A DNA stretch of 64,000 bases from a virus. Taxonomy: Duplodnaviria; Caudoviricetes. Every line of letters begins with the position of its first letter. Within the stretch, counting starts at the first letter, position 1. The stretch lies in the IMG/VR virus record IMGVR_UViG_3300029288_000060, positions 64,001-128,000 of that record. One strand, given 5' to 3'. This document shows, piece by piece, positions 49,897-60,218 of this stretch. The translations under genes were made by a program, and so were the position numbers. The notes beneath the pieces are model-generated. The model saw only the letters and a program-made list of their open reading frames with translations. It did no database searches and was not told where the DNA came from.

Positions 49897-51152
49897 CCTG
49901 GATAAAAACCAGATTTATCCAAATTTCTTAATCCGTTCTCAATTGTTCTTCTTATAGTATCAATTCTAGATGGAGGTGGGTCACTTAAATCTGAAGATAC
50001 TGAAGCTGCATTACTTACTAGTGAAGATAAACTTTGTCCCGCAGAAGATGCTCCAGATTCCTCTCCATATATTGGTTCTAGTTTAAATTCATCTAACATA
50101 TTATCTAAATAACCTTTTAAAGTAGGTCTTGTATCTATTCCATTTTTTGACAATAATAAAGTACTATGTAAGTTAACAAAATCCATTCTTACGTCTACTA
50201 TAGAAACTCTTTGATTAAAACCAACTAAACCAGCATCTCCACCTTTAACTATAGTAATATTTGAAATAGCTCCTGCATGAATTTTGAATAATCCAGGACA
50301 GTCAACTTTACAAAAGAATGGATAATTATATGAATTTACTTCTTTTGATTGAGGTAATGCTAAAGTTAAAAGCGCTGCTAATGGAGCTACAATATATTTT
50401 TTTGTTGATTCTTCGCTTCCTGGATTTGGGTTATATAATTTTAATGAGCAACTAAATGTTGGTGAGTAAGAACTTCCTTTCCATATCATTGGAAAGTCAA
50501 CTCTAGCTCCTGCAAGCAATTGATTCATGGTTGATCCAATAGTTCCTTTTAACCCACCCGCTTTTTCCCATTCTTTTGCTTTTTGGTGAGCACCTGCTCC
50601 AGCAGATTCTATCCCACCTCCAAGAGCTGACATAAAATTACCAAACATACCTCCAAAACTTTCTGACCCTTCTTTCATCATTGTTCCCATATCTTTCATA
50701 GTACTAGTCGCATCTCTATTTCCTGACATTTGTGCTAATTGACCTAAACCACCTGCAGCAACATCAGTAAGTTGATTTAAAAAACTTTCTCCATAATCAT
50801 TTTGAAAAGAATCAGTTGGGTAATTTTCAGCCTGACATACAATCGTTATACTTTTAGATTGGTTTTGTAATTCTGAGGTTTGAAAATTTACATCTTTTAA
50901 TAATTTAACATATTCATCCCAAGCTTGTTGAGAATCTAAAATGAATAAAGAAAGACCTGTTTGACTTTTAGGTACACAAGGTTGTATTGAAACTTGTAAA
51001 CCAGAATTAATCATTAAATTTTTAGTTGCCGTAACACTTGAACCAGTGTCTGGAGGCCCTCCAATATAATCTGGAATTGTGGATGGAGAAGATGATTTAA
51101 CAGCGGCAGGTGATGCTTTTGATTTTGGAGAGCTTGCTGTATATTTAAACAT
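49893..51152 (-). CDS. Putative baseplate-tail tube initiator (gp48/gp54-like)
   Basis: FPMIWKGSSYS...YPFFCKV...ISNITI..G pattern; follows the tape measure gene. Confidence 0.5.
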   Translation of the reverse strand: MFKYTASSPKSKASPAAVKSSSPSTIPDYIGGPPDTGSSVTATKNLMINSGLQVSIQPCVPKSQTGLSLFILDSQQAWDEYVKLLKDVNFQTSELQNQSKSITIVCQAENYPTDSFQNDYGESFLNQLTDVAAGGLGQLAQMSGNRDATSTMKDMGTMMKEGSESFGGMFGNFMSALGGGIESAGAGAHQKAKEWEKAGGLKGTIGSTMNQLLAGARVDFPMIWKGSSYSPTFSCSLKLYNPNPGSEESTKKYIVAPLAALLTLALPQSKEVNSYNYPFFCKVDCPGLFKIHAGAISNITIVKGGDAGLVGFNQRVSIVDVRMDFVNLHSTLLLSKNGIDTRPTLKGYLDNMLDEFKLEPIYGEESGASSAGQSLSSLVSNAASVSSDLSDPPPSRIDTIRRTIENGLRNLDKSGFYPG

Positions 51153-51172
51153 TTATTTTTACTCCTTCAATC

Positions 51173-54100
51173 TTATGTTTTTCCTGTTAGAATTCTTTCT
51201 ACCACATCTCCTTCTGCGGAAGCTTTCGCCATTCCAGAACTTACAGAACTAGCTAAACTATTTACAGAAGCGGCGAGTGCATTACTGATATTATTAATCA
51301 TCACAACTGAATTTTTACTAGTTTTATTTAGAGCGTCTAATGCTTCTTGATTGATATTATCTATATTAGCTTTTAATAAATCAGATTCAGTTATATTTAC
51401 TGATGACTGTATTCTTGCTACATCCTTTTTTGTTAAGACTGGCATATTAGGAATTTCTAAAACTGGTTGTGGTTGCTGTGGAATATTTGGTATTGATTTT
51501 TCTCTTATTGATGCAGTATTATTTTCAATATTAGTTGGCACTTTTGTGATAGCAGAAGGTATTGCAGCTGGAGCTGTTGAAGCTTCTATTGCTTTTTGTC
51601 CTGCTGACCCTCCACTTTTTCCAGCAACCATTAATGCTAATTTTTCTTCTGCGTTATATCTTCCAACTTCTTTTGGCCAATATTTTTTTCTTGCTCCGTA
51701 TAGTGCGGAAACTTGTTCCGCCGCGGAAGCTTTTCTTGTATCTCCAACACTTTGTTCTAGTATATTATCTGCAATAGGAAGCACACTTGGAACAAAACGA
51801 CCATGTTGAACTGATCCAGACCAAACAGCGTTTTGTACTCCTTCATCATTCATTTTAAAACCCTTACTTCCTGCCGCTCTTGCAGCCTTATCATAATGTG
51901 TTCTTTTTATATAAAGTTTTTGTGAATTATAAAAACCTTGAGGATCTCGTTGAGCAATTTCTCTCCATTTATTTTTAAAAGCTGGAGAGTTTATAGGACC
52001 TGCCCTTAACAATTCCTCTCCATAAACATTACCTTCAGAAGATTTTAAATAGTCTCCTAAAGTTCCTACTTTACTTGCTAATTGCCATGGTCCATATGAT
52101 ACTCCACCTTTATCACCTACTCCACTAGAGATTGTTGCTAATGATTTATTAATATTATTAGTTCCTGTTTCAAATTTTTGTGATACCCAACCAATAGATT
52201 TAGAAACTCCTTCCATAATTGCAGTTTTTACTTCAGATGCTTTTTTACCGACATATTCTCCTGCTTCTCTAGCTCCAGTTCCCACAGCAGCCGCCGCGGT
52301 TCTTACTTTTTCACTTGTATTAGTTATTGCTTTTTGTGATGTATCCCTAACATTAGTGGCAACATTTCTAACGGCTATTTCTGCTTTGTCTGTTGCTCTC
52401 GCAGCGGTTTCTTTAACGGCAACAGTTGCTGCAGTTGCTTTATTTACTACATTTTCTGCAGATAGATCAGAACTTGCTCCAGTTTCTTTTCTTGGTGAAC
52501 TTATTTCAAATCCTTTTGACATACTTCTTAATGTTGATATAGTATTTATTATACCACTTTCAATCCAGTCTGGAATAAATTTTTTAATTGCTCCAGGTAT
52601 TTTATCCCATATCCATTGTAACATGTTTGACCCCAAACCTATCATTATACGTTGGGGCCATGTAACAAGATTTACCATTTGTTTTCCAACATCTGCTACT
52701 TTTTCAAACAATGATTTTTCTGGATCTGAAACCCAAGCCATAAATCTATCTTTTAAATCTGCAAGAACTTTGAATGGATATGTTATAACACTAATTACAC
52801 TTTCAGATAATGTTTTTACTTTTTCCCAGATCCAATCCACGCCTTTAGCAACATTTTTACCACCTATCATTCCAAGCAAACCACCAGCTAATGCCCCAAT
52901 TCCGGCGCCTATTGGTCCAAACATTAATCCTATTCCAGCACCTTTTAACATTCCAGACATAGCGCCAGAAGCACCTCCTTCAGTTCCACCTAACACAGAT
53001 CCAATTCCTGCACCTACTTTAGAGGTTCCCCATTCTTCAGCTTGTTGTACTCCTTCATATGCATCTAAACCTAATAAAGCTCCACCGACAACTCCACCAC
53101 CAATTCTAGCAAATTTTGCAAATTTACCTAACTTACCTAGTTTTCCGGCCTTGCCTAACTTTCCAGCTTTTTTACTTTTCTTGGATACACTATCGCCTCC
53201 AATCCCTCCGGTATCAGTCATTACTCGTCTTCCCGCTAACATGGCAGGTAATTTTGTTAACCAGGATATTCCTTTGCTTACTATTCCAGTTAATGAACCA
53301 AAGGCAGTTTTCAAAAAACCAAAAGCAATCATTAACCATGTTGTAATTGAACTAAAGGATTTCTTCATCATTGAATGAGCTATACCTAATCTTTTTTCAG
53401 TGCCTTCAGTTGCTTTTTTAATTTTAGTTAGCGATGTTTTCCCTATTTTACTATCTTTGGCCATTTCTATATTGGGTTTTAAATATTTTATCATAGTATC
53501 ATATTTTTCCATTGACATGGAATAGAAAGTTGAAAAATCTTCTGATAATCTAACTTTTGGATCTTTACTTTTTGATAAAACCCTAGAATGTCTATTTTTA
53601 AAATATTTATAAATTGCAATTCCACCTGTTACAGCACCGGCTATCATCTTCCAATTAATATATGAAACAATTCTTTTTAAACTAATATTTAGAGGTTCTA
53701 GAGCTTCAATAAAAGCTTGTTTCATCTTTGAAATTGGTGTTACTACTTCTGCGGCGTGTATTATCGCTGCGCCGCTCTTTTTAACATATCCGCCACTTTG
53801 TAGTTTTGGTAATGTTTTTTCATTTTTCTTTGTTTCTCGTTTTTTAGATACCAAATTTTTTCCGCGTTCTTTTGTTCTGGACCATATATCTCTTATTTTA
53901 TTTCCAACAAAACTTACTGCCATGGATAACTTACTTTTAATTAATTCTGAAAAATGTTTAAAAACACTAGTTTCCATAAATTTGCCAGCAAAATAACCAA
54001 AAATTGGAGATGCTTTTGCTAAAGTCATTGCTACAAAATTTGTTTTATTGATGGCAAAATCCGCACTTATAGCTTGTCTGTATTCGCTTAAAGATTCCTT

Positions 54101-54484
54101 TGTTGTTCTCGCAGTGTCAAGTAATATTTTTTTAGAAGTTTTTCCTAATATACCAATAGTATAACCAAGTTTTCCTAAAATTTGTTGCACTGATTTTTCA
54201 ACTACTTTAACTTCTTTTGAAGATGACAATTCCTTCATTCTGATTTTTTGAATTAATTGTTGTTGTTGTTTTGCAGTTGAAGAAATTGATGATGATAAGC
54301 TCTTAAATTGTTTATGAGCATCCATTTGAGTTTTTTCTAATTGTCCTGCCAATGAATTAATATTTTTATGTTCTTTAGTTACTCTAACTTTGTCATCTAT
54401 TGATGTATCGGATAGAATATTTTCCATTTTTGCATCTTTTCGAAATTCTTTGCCATACTTTATTTCATCATGATAATCTGACAT
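51173..54484 (-). CDS. Tape measure-like protein with C-terminal peptidoglycan hydrolase domain
   Basis: Long helical, Gly-rich TM-like segments; SQKFE.G...GGVSYGPWQLAS...VWSGSVQHG...RY..E lysozyme-like domain. Confidence 0.7.
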   Translation of the reverse strand: MSDYHDEIKYGKEFRKDAKMENILSDTSIDDKVRVTKEHKNINSLAGQLEKTQMDAHKQFKSLSSSISSTAKQQQQLIQKIRMKELSSSKEVKVVEKSVQQILGKLGYTIGILGKTSKKILLDTARTTKESLSEYRQAISADFAINKTNFVAMTLAKASPIFGYFAGKFMETSVFKHFSELIKSKLSMAVSFVGNKIRDIWSRTKERGKNLVSKKRETKKNEKTLPKLQSGGYVKKSGAAIIHAAEVVTPISKMKQAFIEALEPLNISLKRIVSYINWKMIAGAVTGGIAIYKYFKNRHSRVLSKSKDPKVRLSEDFSTFYSMSMEKYDTMIKYLKPNIEMAKDSKIGKTSLTKIKKATEGTEKRLGIAHSMMKKSFSSITTWLMIAFGFLKTAFGSLTGIVSKGISWLTKLPAMLAGRRVMTDTGGIGGDSVSKKSKKAGKLGKAGKLGKLGKFAKFARIGGGVVGGALLGLDAYEGVQQAEEWGTSKVGAGIGSVLGGTEGGASGAMSGMLKGAGIGLMFGPIGAGIGALAGGLLGMIGGKNVAKGVDWIWEKVKTLSESVISVITYPFKVLADLKDRFMAWVSDPEKSLFEKVADVGKQMVNLVTWPQRIMIGLGSNMLQWIWDKIPGAIKKFIPDWIESGIINTISTLRSMSKGFEISSPRKETGASSDLSAENVVNKATAATVAVKETAARATDKAEIAVRNVATNVRDTSQKAITNTSEKVRTAAAAVGTGAREAGEYVGKKASEVKTAIMEGVSKSIGWVSQKFETGTNNINKSLATISSGVGDKGGVSYGPWQLASKVGTLGDYLKSSEGNVYGEELLRAGPINSPAFKNKWREIAQRDPQGFYNSQKLYIKRTHYDKAARAAGSKGFKMNDEGVQNAVWSGSVQHGRFVPSVLPIADNILEQSVGDTRKASAAEQVSALYGARKKYWPKEVGRYNAEEKLALMVAGKSGGSAGQKAIEASTAPAAIPSAITKVPTNIENNTASIREKSIPNIPQQPQPVLEIPNMPVLTKKDVARIQSSVNITESDLLKANIDNINQEALDALNKTSKNSVVMINNISNALAASVNSLASSVSSGMAKASAEGDVVERILTGKT

Positions 54485-54510
54485 TTTTTATAAATCTCCA
54501 TATAAAATTT

Positions 54511-55458
54511 TTAAGCTAAAGATTTTAGGCCTATTCTAATCTTTGGACTCATTTTAATATCTGAGTAACCACAGATTACTTCTGATGGATACATCATTTC
54601 TTGATAACAACCTTTAAGTGGATTTTTCCCAAAGACATCTTTATATGATTGATATAATGGAACAATTAAATATTTATATTTTTCTTTTGCTAAAGCAATA
54701 AATTGTGATATTTCGTATTGAGACATTATTCTTACTGAATTTACATAATCCTTTTTAACAGTATTAAATTCATTTTTATCTAAAGTTGAATAATCTTTTA
54801 ATTTATTTAAGTTGTTTGAAATACCTGTTAATGTAATGTTATCAGCAATTTCAACTTTTAAAAATAAAAATTTATAAATCTCTTCTATAACATTTTCCAA
54901 TGTTTTTTCTTTCTTAAGTTTGAAAATTGTAGTAAAATAATTTGAATAATAAGAGTTTAAATCATCTTTAAACAAACTTAAGAATTTGTAGGGATATTGG
55001 TGAGCATACATATGCATCATTTCATGAGTTAAACTCAATGTGATAGAATTATCTACTGCAATTACAGAGAAGGTATCTGTAATATGATTACTTATTAAAA
55101 TGATAATTTTACCTGAATTAAAATCATAGAAAGCGAGTACGTAATCTAATGGATGACCAATAGGTTTTTTTGCTCCAATAATAATTCGAACAATTCTTAA
55201 TAAACCACCACTTGTGTCATGAGAAATTCTTCGTTTAAAATAACTTAGAATACCACTGTCTGCAAAGCAAGGAATTATTTGTTTTTCATCTACCATTTTT
55301 TTAACTGTACCAATAATTAATTTACCTCTTTTTGTTTTAGAAATAGCTTCAATAAATTTTTCATTTAAACCTTTGGAACCATATAGAGATATATTTCCAA
55401 AAGTAACCACTTTTTCTAAACCAATGGGTAAAGCAAATAATTCCGTAAGATTATCCAT
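54511..55458 (-). CDS. Putative zincin metalloprotease-like protein
   Basis: LTHEMMH (HExxH); own AGAACAAA promoter motif at 55493-55500. Confidence 0.5.
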   Translation of the reverse strand: MDNLTELFALPIGLEKVVTFGNISLYGSKGLNEKFIEAISKTKRGKLIIGTVKKMVDEKQIIPCFADSGILSYFKRRISHDTSGGLLRIVRIIIGAKKPIGHPLDYVLAFYDFNSGKIIILISNHITDTFSVIAVDNSITLSLTHEMMHMYAHQYPYKFLSLFKDDLNSYYSNYFTTIFKLKKEKTLENVIEEIYKFLFLKVEIADNITLTGISNNLNKLKDYSTLDKNEFNTVKKDYVNSVRIMSQYEISQFIALAKEKYKYLIVPLYQSYKDVFGKNPLKGCYQEMMYPSEVICGYSDIKMSPKIRIGLKSLA

Positions 55459-55509
55459 TAATCTATAACCCTCACTTACCTTATATTTTTAATTTGTTCT
55501 ATTTGTTTT

Positions 55510-57150
55510 TTATCCTCTGTTATAAAATGATAAAGTATTAATTAAATTATCGTTTGGATTGGTTGTATTTTCTTTTACATGTTTCATAATGTCAGAATTT
55601 GTCATAAAAGTATCATCGCTTTTTGAATCGTTCATATTTAAAATTTTAGTAAACGCGCTTTCTGCAACTTTGTTATTATCTAAAAATAATGGAGGGTCAT
55701 ACTTTCTAACGTACATACAGAATGCTAATGTCAAAGCTAAGTCGTCATGACATCCTGAATCCCCTTCAACTCTGCCATTTTTACTAACTAATCCAATGAG
55801 TTCTAGCGCTAATCTTTGAGACTTGACCATTTCAGGAAATTGGTTTACATAAGAATATAATGCATCTATCATTAATGGTCTAGTTTTCATGTTATTTGAA
55901 AGTCCTGGAACTATTTTATTTTCTCCTCTTTTTTCTTTGTACATCATTATTGAATATTCACTATTATTTATTTCTTCCATAACTTGGTTTCCATATGAAT
56001 TATTTTCAATAACAATTGTTCCATTGTATGAAGCCGCTGCATATTTTACTACTTTTACAAAATCTTTAACCTGACATTTAGTTTGATATTCCCACACTTG
56101 GTTTAATGTCTCATAATCCCATATAGTAATAGCAGATTTATCTTCGCCAAACTCTGGAGCTGTATCAACTCCAATTATATAATGTTTTCCTGGAATTGAA
56201 TTTTCAAATTTCCAAATTTCACCTTCAAATAATTTAAAAGTCTCAATAGGAGTTATTGAACCTTCTTGTAATTTTAAACAAACTTGTTCATCAAAAAATG
56301 AACCACTTGAAGGAAGAAATTTAAGTTCAAGTTCTTGTTCAATTTTTCTATTATCATTTTCAAACATTTCACACTGATTTTTATACCAATTTGGATCATT
56401 TGCTAATTCTGGAATATCTTTCCAGTAAACAATAAATACTTTAAATATACCTTCTTTTGACATAGCTTTTTGATATCTATTAAAAAACCATGCTCCCATT
56501 CCAGTAGTTTTATTTGGTGTTGAAATAACTAAAACTCCATATGGAGTTCCTGATTTTCTAGCAGCTTTTGCAGCAGTACTAAGTGCTGGTACTAAAGCCG
56601 TCCATGCAATATCCAATTTATTTATGAATGCGGCTTCATCAATTACCAAAAATGTTACTGCTTTACCACGAAGAGTTTTTTCAGGAGCATTCGGATTTAC
56701 TGTTGCTGTAAACAATTTAGAACCGTTTGTTAAAATAAAACTTTGTTCTGATTTTTTATCAAAACAACCGCCTTCTCGTCCTTTCTTTGGAGTTAAAAAG
56801 CTTGGTAACTTTTCAATCATATTTCTAATAGCTCTTGAAAAGTCTGTGCTCTCTCGGCCATCTTTTGAGATTACCCCAATTACAACATTGTCATAAAAAT
56901 TTAATAACCAAGCACAGTAAGCTTGAGTGGTTGTGCTTATTCCAGTTTGACGAGTTTTTAAACAAATTATATTTTTATACTTTTGAATAGATCTAACGAA
57001 TTCTAATTGTTTTTGATAAGGTACATATAAAACATCTCCACCGGCTAATTCTAAATAAATATATCTAGTCGCGAAATATTCAAAATCATCTTTACATTTT
57101 ATATATTCCTCAACTTGCCATTCTACCTTATCTTTAGTTTGTTGTTTCAT
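55510..57150 (-). CDS. terL: Terminase large subunit
   Basis: KTRQTGIST (Walker A), LVIDEAAF (Walker B), ISTPN, GVDTA, IENN, HDDL. Confidence 0.93.
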   Translation of the reverse strand: MKQQTKDKVEWQVEEYIKCKDDFEYFATRYIYLELAGGDVLYVPYQKQLEFVRSIQKYKNIICLKTRQTGISTTTQAYCAWLLNFYDNVVIGVISKDGRESTDFSRAIRNMIEKLPSFLTPKKGREGGCFDKKSEQSFILTNGSKLFTATVNPNAPEKTLRGKAVTFLVIDEAAFINKLDIAWTALVPALSTAAKAARKSGTPYGVLVISTPNKTTGMGAWFFNRYQKAMSKEGIFKVFIVYWKDIPELANDPNWYKNQCEMFENDNRKIEQELELKFLPSSGSFFDEQVCLKLQEGSITPIETFKLFEGEIWKFENSIPGKHYIIGVDTAPEFGEDKSAITIWDYETLNQVWEYQTKCQVKDFVKVVKYAAASYNGTIVIENNSYGNQVMEEINNSEYSIMMYKEKRGENKIVPGLSNNMKTRPLMIDALYSYVNQFPEMVKSQRLALELIGLVSKNGRVEGDSGCHDDLALTLAFCMYVRKYDPPLFLDNNKVAESAFTKILNMNDSKSDDTFMTNSDIMKHVKENTTNPNDNLINTLSFYNRG

Positions 57151-57166
57151 TTTTTATTTTCCCATC

Positions 57167-58411
57167 TTATATATACTGATTTGTCCTCATAATCTCTATT
57201 ACACATGAGCTAGTCCAGTCTGCTTCTGATCTAGAAAAATTTATATCACTAGATTTTAAAACATATTTATTCCCTAATGGAACATACTCAAGCGATCCAC
57301 ATTTTACCTTTACAACTTCTCCAACTTTCATTAATTTCATCATAGGAAGATCTTTTTCAAGCGCGATTTTAACTGTTGAAAGATCTGATATTTCTTTTGC
57401 AATTGCAGCAATTGCAAAAACATCTGAGGCATCATTTCCAGAATGAGAGGTAATATATCTTTCTCTATCATCTAAATTTAAATCAAGTTTTATTTGACCT
57501 TCTTTAGCAATCAACCCATATTTTAAACATGCTTCTTTTACATCTATTGTTATTTTTCGTGATAATTCATCTTTAGGGTGTACAATATAATGAACTTTTT
57601 TACCAAGAGCTGTAATTTTTGAGCTTCCTGAATATTTATTTTCTAGGGACCCATAAGTATAAAAGGTTTTCCCATCTGTACATTTTTTAATTATTTCTTT
57701 ATTGTTTGCATTATCAGATGCTAATTGATAAACAGTAAATTCTTGTTTCTTACTCATTTTTTTTGTTAAATTTTGAATGTATACTTTATTATCATACTGA
57801 CAAAAACCTAAATTAGTTGCTCCTTTAAATAAGCCGAAATATTCATCTAAATAAGAAATTGTATAATATAATGTTTGAGGAGGCAAAACAATCTGTGAAA
57901 TTGGATCCTTGTTTTCGTCATCAGAATCATATACTAATTCCGCACCAACTTTTTTAACTAATTCTGTAATTATTTGTCTTGGAGTTTTTTCAATATATGC
58001 TTTATCAGCATCAACTTTTGACATCATTGTTTTAAAAGGTTTTCTTCCAACAGTAATTATTTTAACAATTGATCTATCTTTTGTTTTTCCTTCAGACATT
58101 TGTTCTTTCGGTTGTGCAAATGAATTATGGTTAACATATTGAAGTTCCATCTCAATATCTTCTTGGGGAATTTTTTCTAATTCTCTACCAATTAATTTGA
58201 TAGATAATTTTATTGGTTCTTTCCCCATTATATCTTCTAACGTTAAATTATTTGGATCCAAAGAAAGTTCTAACACAACTATTTGATATGGAGTATTTAA
58301 TGATGAAACTATTCTAACTGTTCGTATATCATTTGTGTAATCTAGTTTTTTAATTTTTACTTTAATATCATATGAATGTACAGGGGTATAAACTCTCTTT
58401 TTTTCTGGCAT
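57167..58411 (-). CDS. Putative baseplate hub / tail protein
   Basis: Size, beta-rich C-terminus (VGEVV...YVLKSSDINF), late operon context. Confidence 0.45.
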   Translation of the reverse strand: MPEKKRVYTPVHSYDIKVKIKKLDYTNDIRTVRIVSSLNTPYQIVVLELSLDPNNLTLEDIMGKEPIKLSIKLIGRELEKIPQEDIEMELQYVNHNSFAQPKEQMSEGKTKDRSIVKIITVGRKPFKTMMSKVDADKAYIEKTPRQIITELVKKVGAELVYDSDDENKDPISQIVLPPQTLYYTISYLDEYFGLFKGATNLGFCQYDNKVYIQNLTKKMSKKQEFTVYQLASDNANNKEIIKKCTDGKTFYTYGSLENKYSGSSKITALGKKVHYIVHPKDELSRKITIDVKEACLKYGLIAKEGQIKLDLNLDDRERYITSHSGNDASDVFAIAAIAKEISDLSTVKIALEKDLPMMKLMKVGEVVKVKCGSLEYVPLGNKYVLKSSDINFSRSEADWTSSCVIEIMRTNQYI

Positions 58412-58447
58412 CTAGTTCAATATCTCCTTTCTTTAAAACTTTTTTCT

Positions 58448-58765
58448 CTATTCGTGTTCTACATATTTTTTTAATAATGTATAATAATCATCACCTTTCC
58501 CTGTTCCTGGAACTTCTTCCATATGAACAAGCGCAATCTTGCCTGTCATAATAGGATCATCATTTGTTACATTAGTTTTTGGATATCTTAACCCGTGCTC
58601 ACGTTCAACATCTAACCCAATTCTAAAATTTTTTAATTCATGTTTAGACCAATCAACTCCAATTTTATCTCCAATTTCTTTAGCTTCTTCTAAAGTAAAA
58701 GTTTCTTTGGAAGCATTTATTTCTATCAAATATTTTTCTATAATTTTATTATATTTTCTATTCAT
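58448..58765 (-). CDS. DUF5661-like protein
   Basis: GLDVEREHG...TNVTNDDPIMTGKIALVHMEE...DYYTLL; ATG after GGAGG. Confidence 0.65.
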   Translation of the reverse strand: MNRKYNKIIEKYLIEINASKETFTLEEAKEIGDKIGVDWSKHELKNFRIGLDVEREHGLRYPKTNVTNDDPIMTGKIALVHMEEVPGTGKGDDYYTLLKKYVEHE

Positions 58766-58836
58766 GCTTGACGCCTCCAAATGTATTTATATTTTGTTCT
58801 AACAAAAAAATAAACAAAAAAATAATTTTAGAGGAA

Positions 58837-58878
58837 AAATAGAGGTCAAAGATAATATAAATTCTTTGACCTCTATTT
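58837..58878 (-). terminator. Terminator hairpin
   Basis: AAATAGAGGTCAAAGA / TCTTTGACCTCTATTT. Confidence 0.65.
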
Positions 58879-58890
58879 CAACTTTTTTAA

Positions 58891-59124
58891 TTAATCTTTT
58901 TTATTTATTAATTTTTTAAGATCATTTAATACGTCATTTGCTATAGTATTAACAGTAACATGTAAAGCTGTGTATGCAGCTGCTCTTTCTTCTGGACCAA
59001 GTGTTTCAATCAAAGAATATGCAAATTCTAATGCTTCTTTCGTATTAGGTTTTGTAGCAAATAAACCATGATTTAATTTTTTCAAAAAATTATTTGTTTC
59101 TTCTATATTCATAATTTTATCCAT
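58891..59124 (-). CDS. Hypothetical protein
   Basis: ORF in operon. Confidence 0.5.
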   Translation of the reverse strand: MDKIMNIEETNNFLKKLNHGLFATKPNTKEALEFAYSLIETLGPEERAAAYTALHVTVNTIANDVLNDLKKLINKKD

Positions 59125-60025
59125 TTAAAGTTTTCAATGTTGATTCAATTTCAACAGGAATAACTAACACTTTTTCAGCGATATCTTCCAATAATGACTT
59201 AATGTTAATATTTCTTTCAATAGTGGAGAAAAACGTGATTGCTAAAAATAATGTCCATGCATTAACTCTTCCATTGCTTTCTTTTGTTATTTCAGTAATA
59301 TATGTTGAAACATCTTTTCTTCTTTTCTTTCCTATTTTTTCTAACATATCAAATACTGATAATAAATGCTCTTCATTGATTTCTGTATTAAAGTTTGCAT
59401 CAATAATTTGATTAATATTATTTGAAAAAACTTCCATATATTTTCCTATTGATGCAGAAAAAGAAGTTCTTGCGTGAACGTTATGAACTTGTCTTAAATT
59501 ACCGATTTTACTTTTAAATCCAAATCCGAATACTCTATCATTAGTCTCTTCAAGAACACTAAAACCAAAATGAAATTCTCTAGCTCCACTTCCATCATAA
59601 GTATTTTTAACTACAACTTGAGGATAAACATCACCAACACGTGGAATAGAGGTACTGTTCTGAATTAATATTTCATTTGACATTCTTGTTCTATGAGGCT
59701 GATTTAAGTAAATATATTCTCTAAAAATTGGACTACCAACTTCAAGAATTGATTGCCGGATTTTTTGATTCATTACCTCATTGCCTTCAAATTGATACAA
59801 ATCTGATACATAACCAGCATAGTTAAACTCTATATTCTCTACTGGAGGTTTAGTAAAAATCGCATACATAGGTACATCTTTTAAATCTTTTGTTTGTAAG
59901 TGAGCATATATCACACTACCTATTGAATCATCATATTGAAAACATTCATTCCCAATATCACGCAAACCCATTTCTACTGCTCTGGATTGAAATGTTATTC
60001 TTGACATTTTTGTACACTCCTTCAT
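59117..60025 (-). CDS. Hypothetical protein, DUF932-like
   Basis: VVKNTYDGSGA...H and NAWTLF motifs; likely start MSRIT. Confidence 0.4.
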   Translation of the reverse strand: MKECTKMSRITFQSRAVEMGLRDIGNECFQYDDSIGSVIYAHLQTKDLKDVPMYAIFTKPPVENIEFNYAGYVSDLYQFEGNEVMNQKIRQSILEVGSPIFREYIYLNQPHRTRMSNEILIQNSTSIPRVGDVYPQVVVKNTYDGSGAREFHFGFSVLEETNDRVFGFGFKSKIGNLRQVHNVHARTSFSASIGKYMEVFSNNINQIIDANFNTEINEEHLLSVFDMLEKIGKKRRKDVSTYITEITKESNGRVNAWTLFLAITFFSTIERNINIKSLLEDIAEKVLVIPVEIESTLKTLNG

Positions 60026-60203
60026 CTACAATTTTGATTGTTACATCACAACCAAGCTCTTTTTCTAAAAATTTTATTTTTTCATCAAATTCATTATCAA
60101 TTTTTGTTGGAAACAAAAGAAGTTCAAATTTTTGTTTAACAGTAATTTTTTCTAGATTTAAAAATCTTATTATTTTATCTATGTTTTCTTCGTTAACTAC
60201 CAC
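59958..60203 (-). CDS. Hypothetical protein
   Basis: GTG start after AAGGA. Confidence 0.45.
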   Translation of the reverse strand: MVVNEENIDKIIRFLNLEKITVKQKFELLLFPTKIDNEFDEKIKFLEKELGCDVTIKIVDEGVYKNVKNNISIQSSRNGFA

Positions 60204-60218
60204 AAATTTTCCTTTATA

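Noticed and set aside
51351-53378. Long plus-strand ORFs (152 aa, 340 aa) opposite the tape measure gene, and other short antisense ORFs in the track
   Set aside because: Shadow frames of Gly/Ala-rich or repetitive genes; no RBS or recognisable motifs.
55510-57150. Intein or intron in terminase
   Set aside because: 546 aa with contiguous ATPase and nuclease motifs; no intein splice motifs or interruption.
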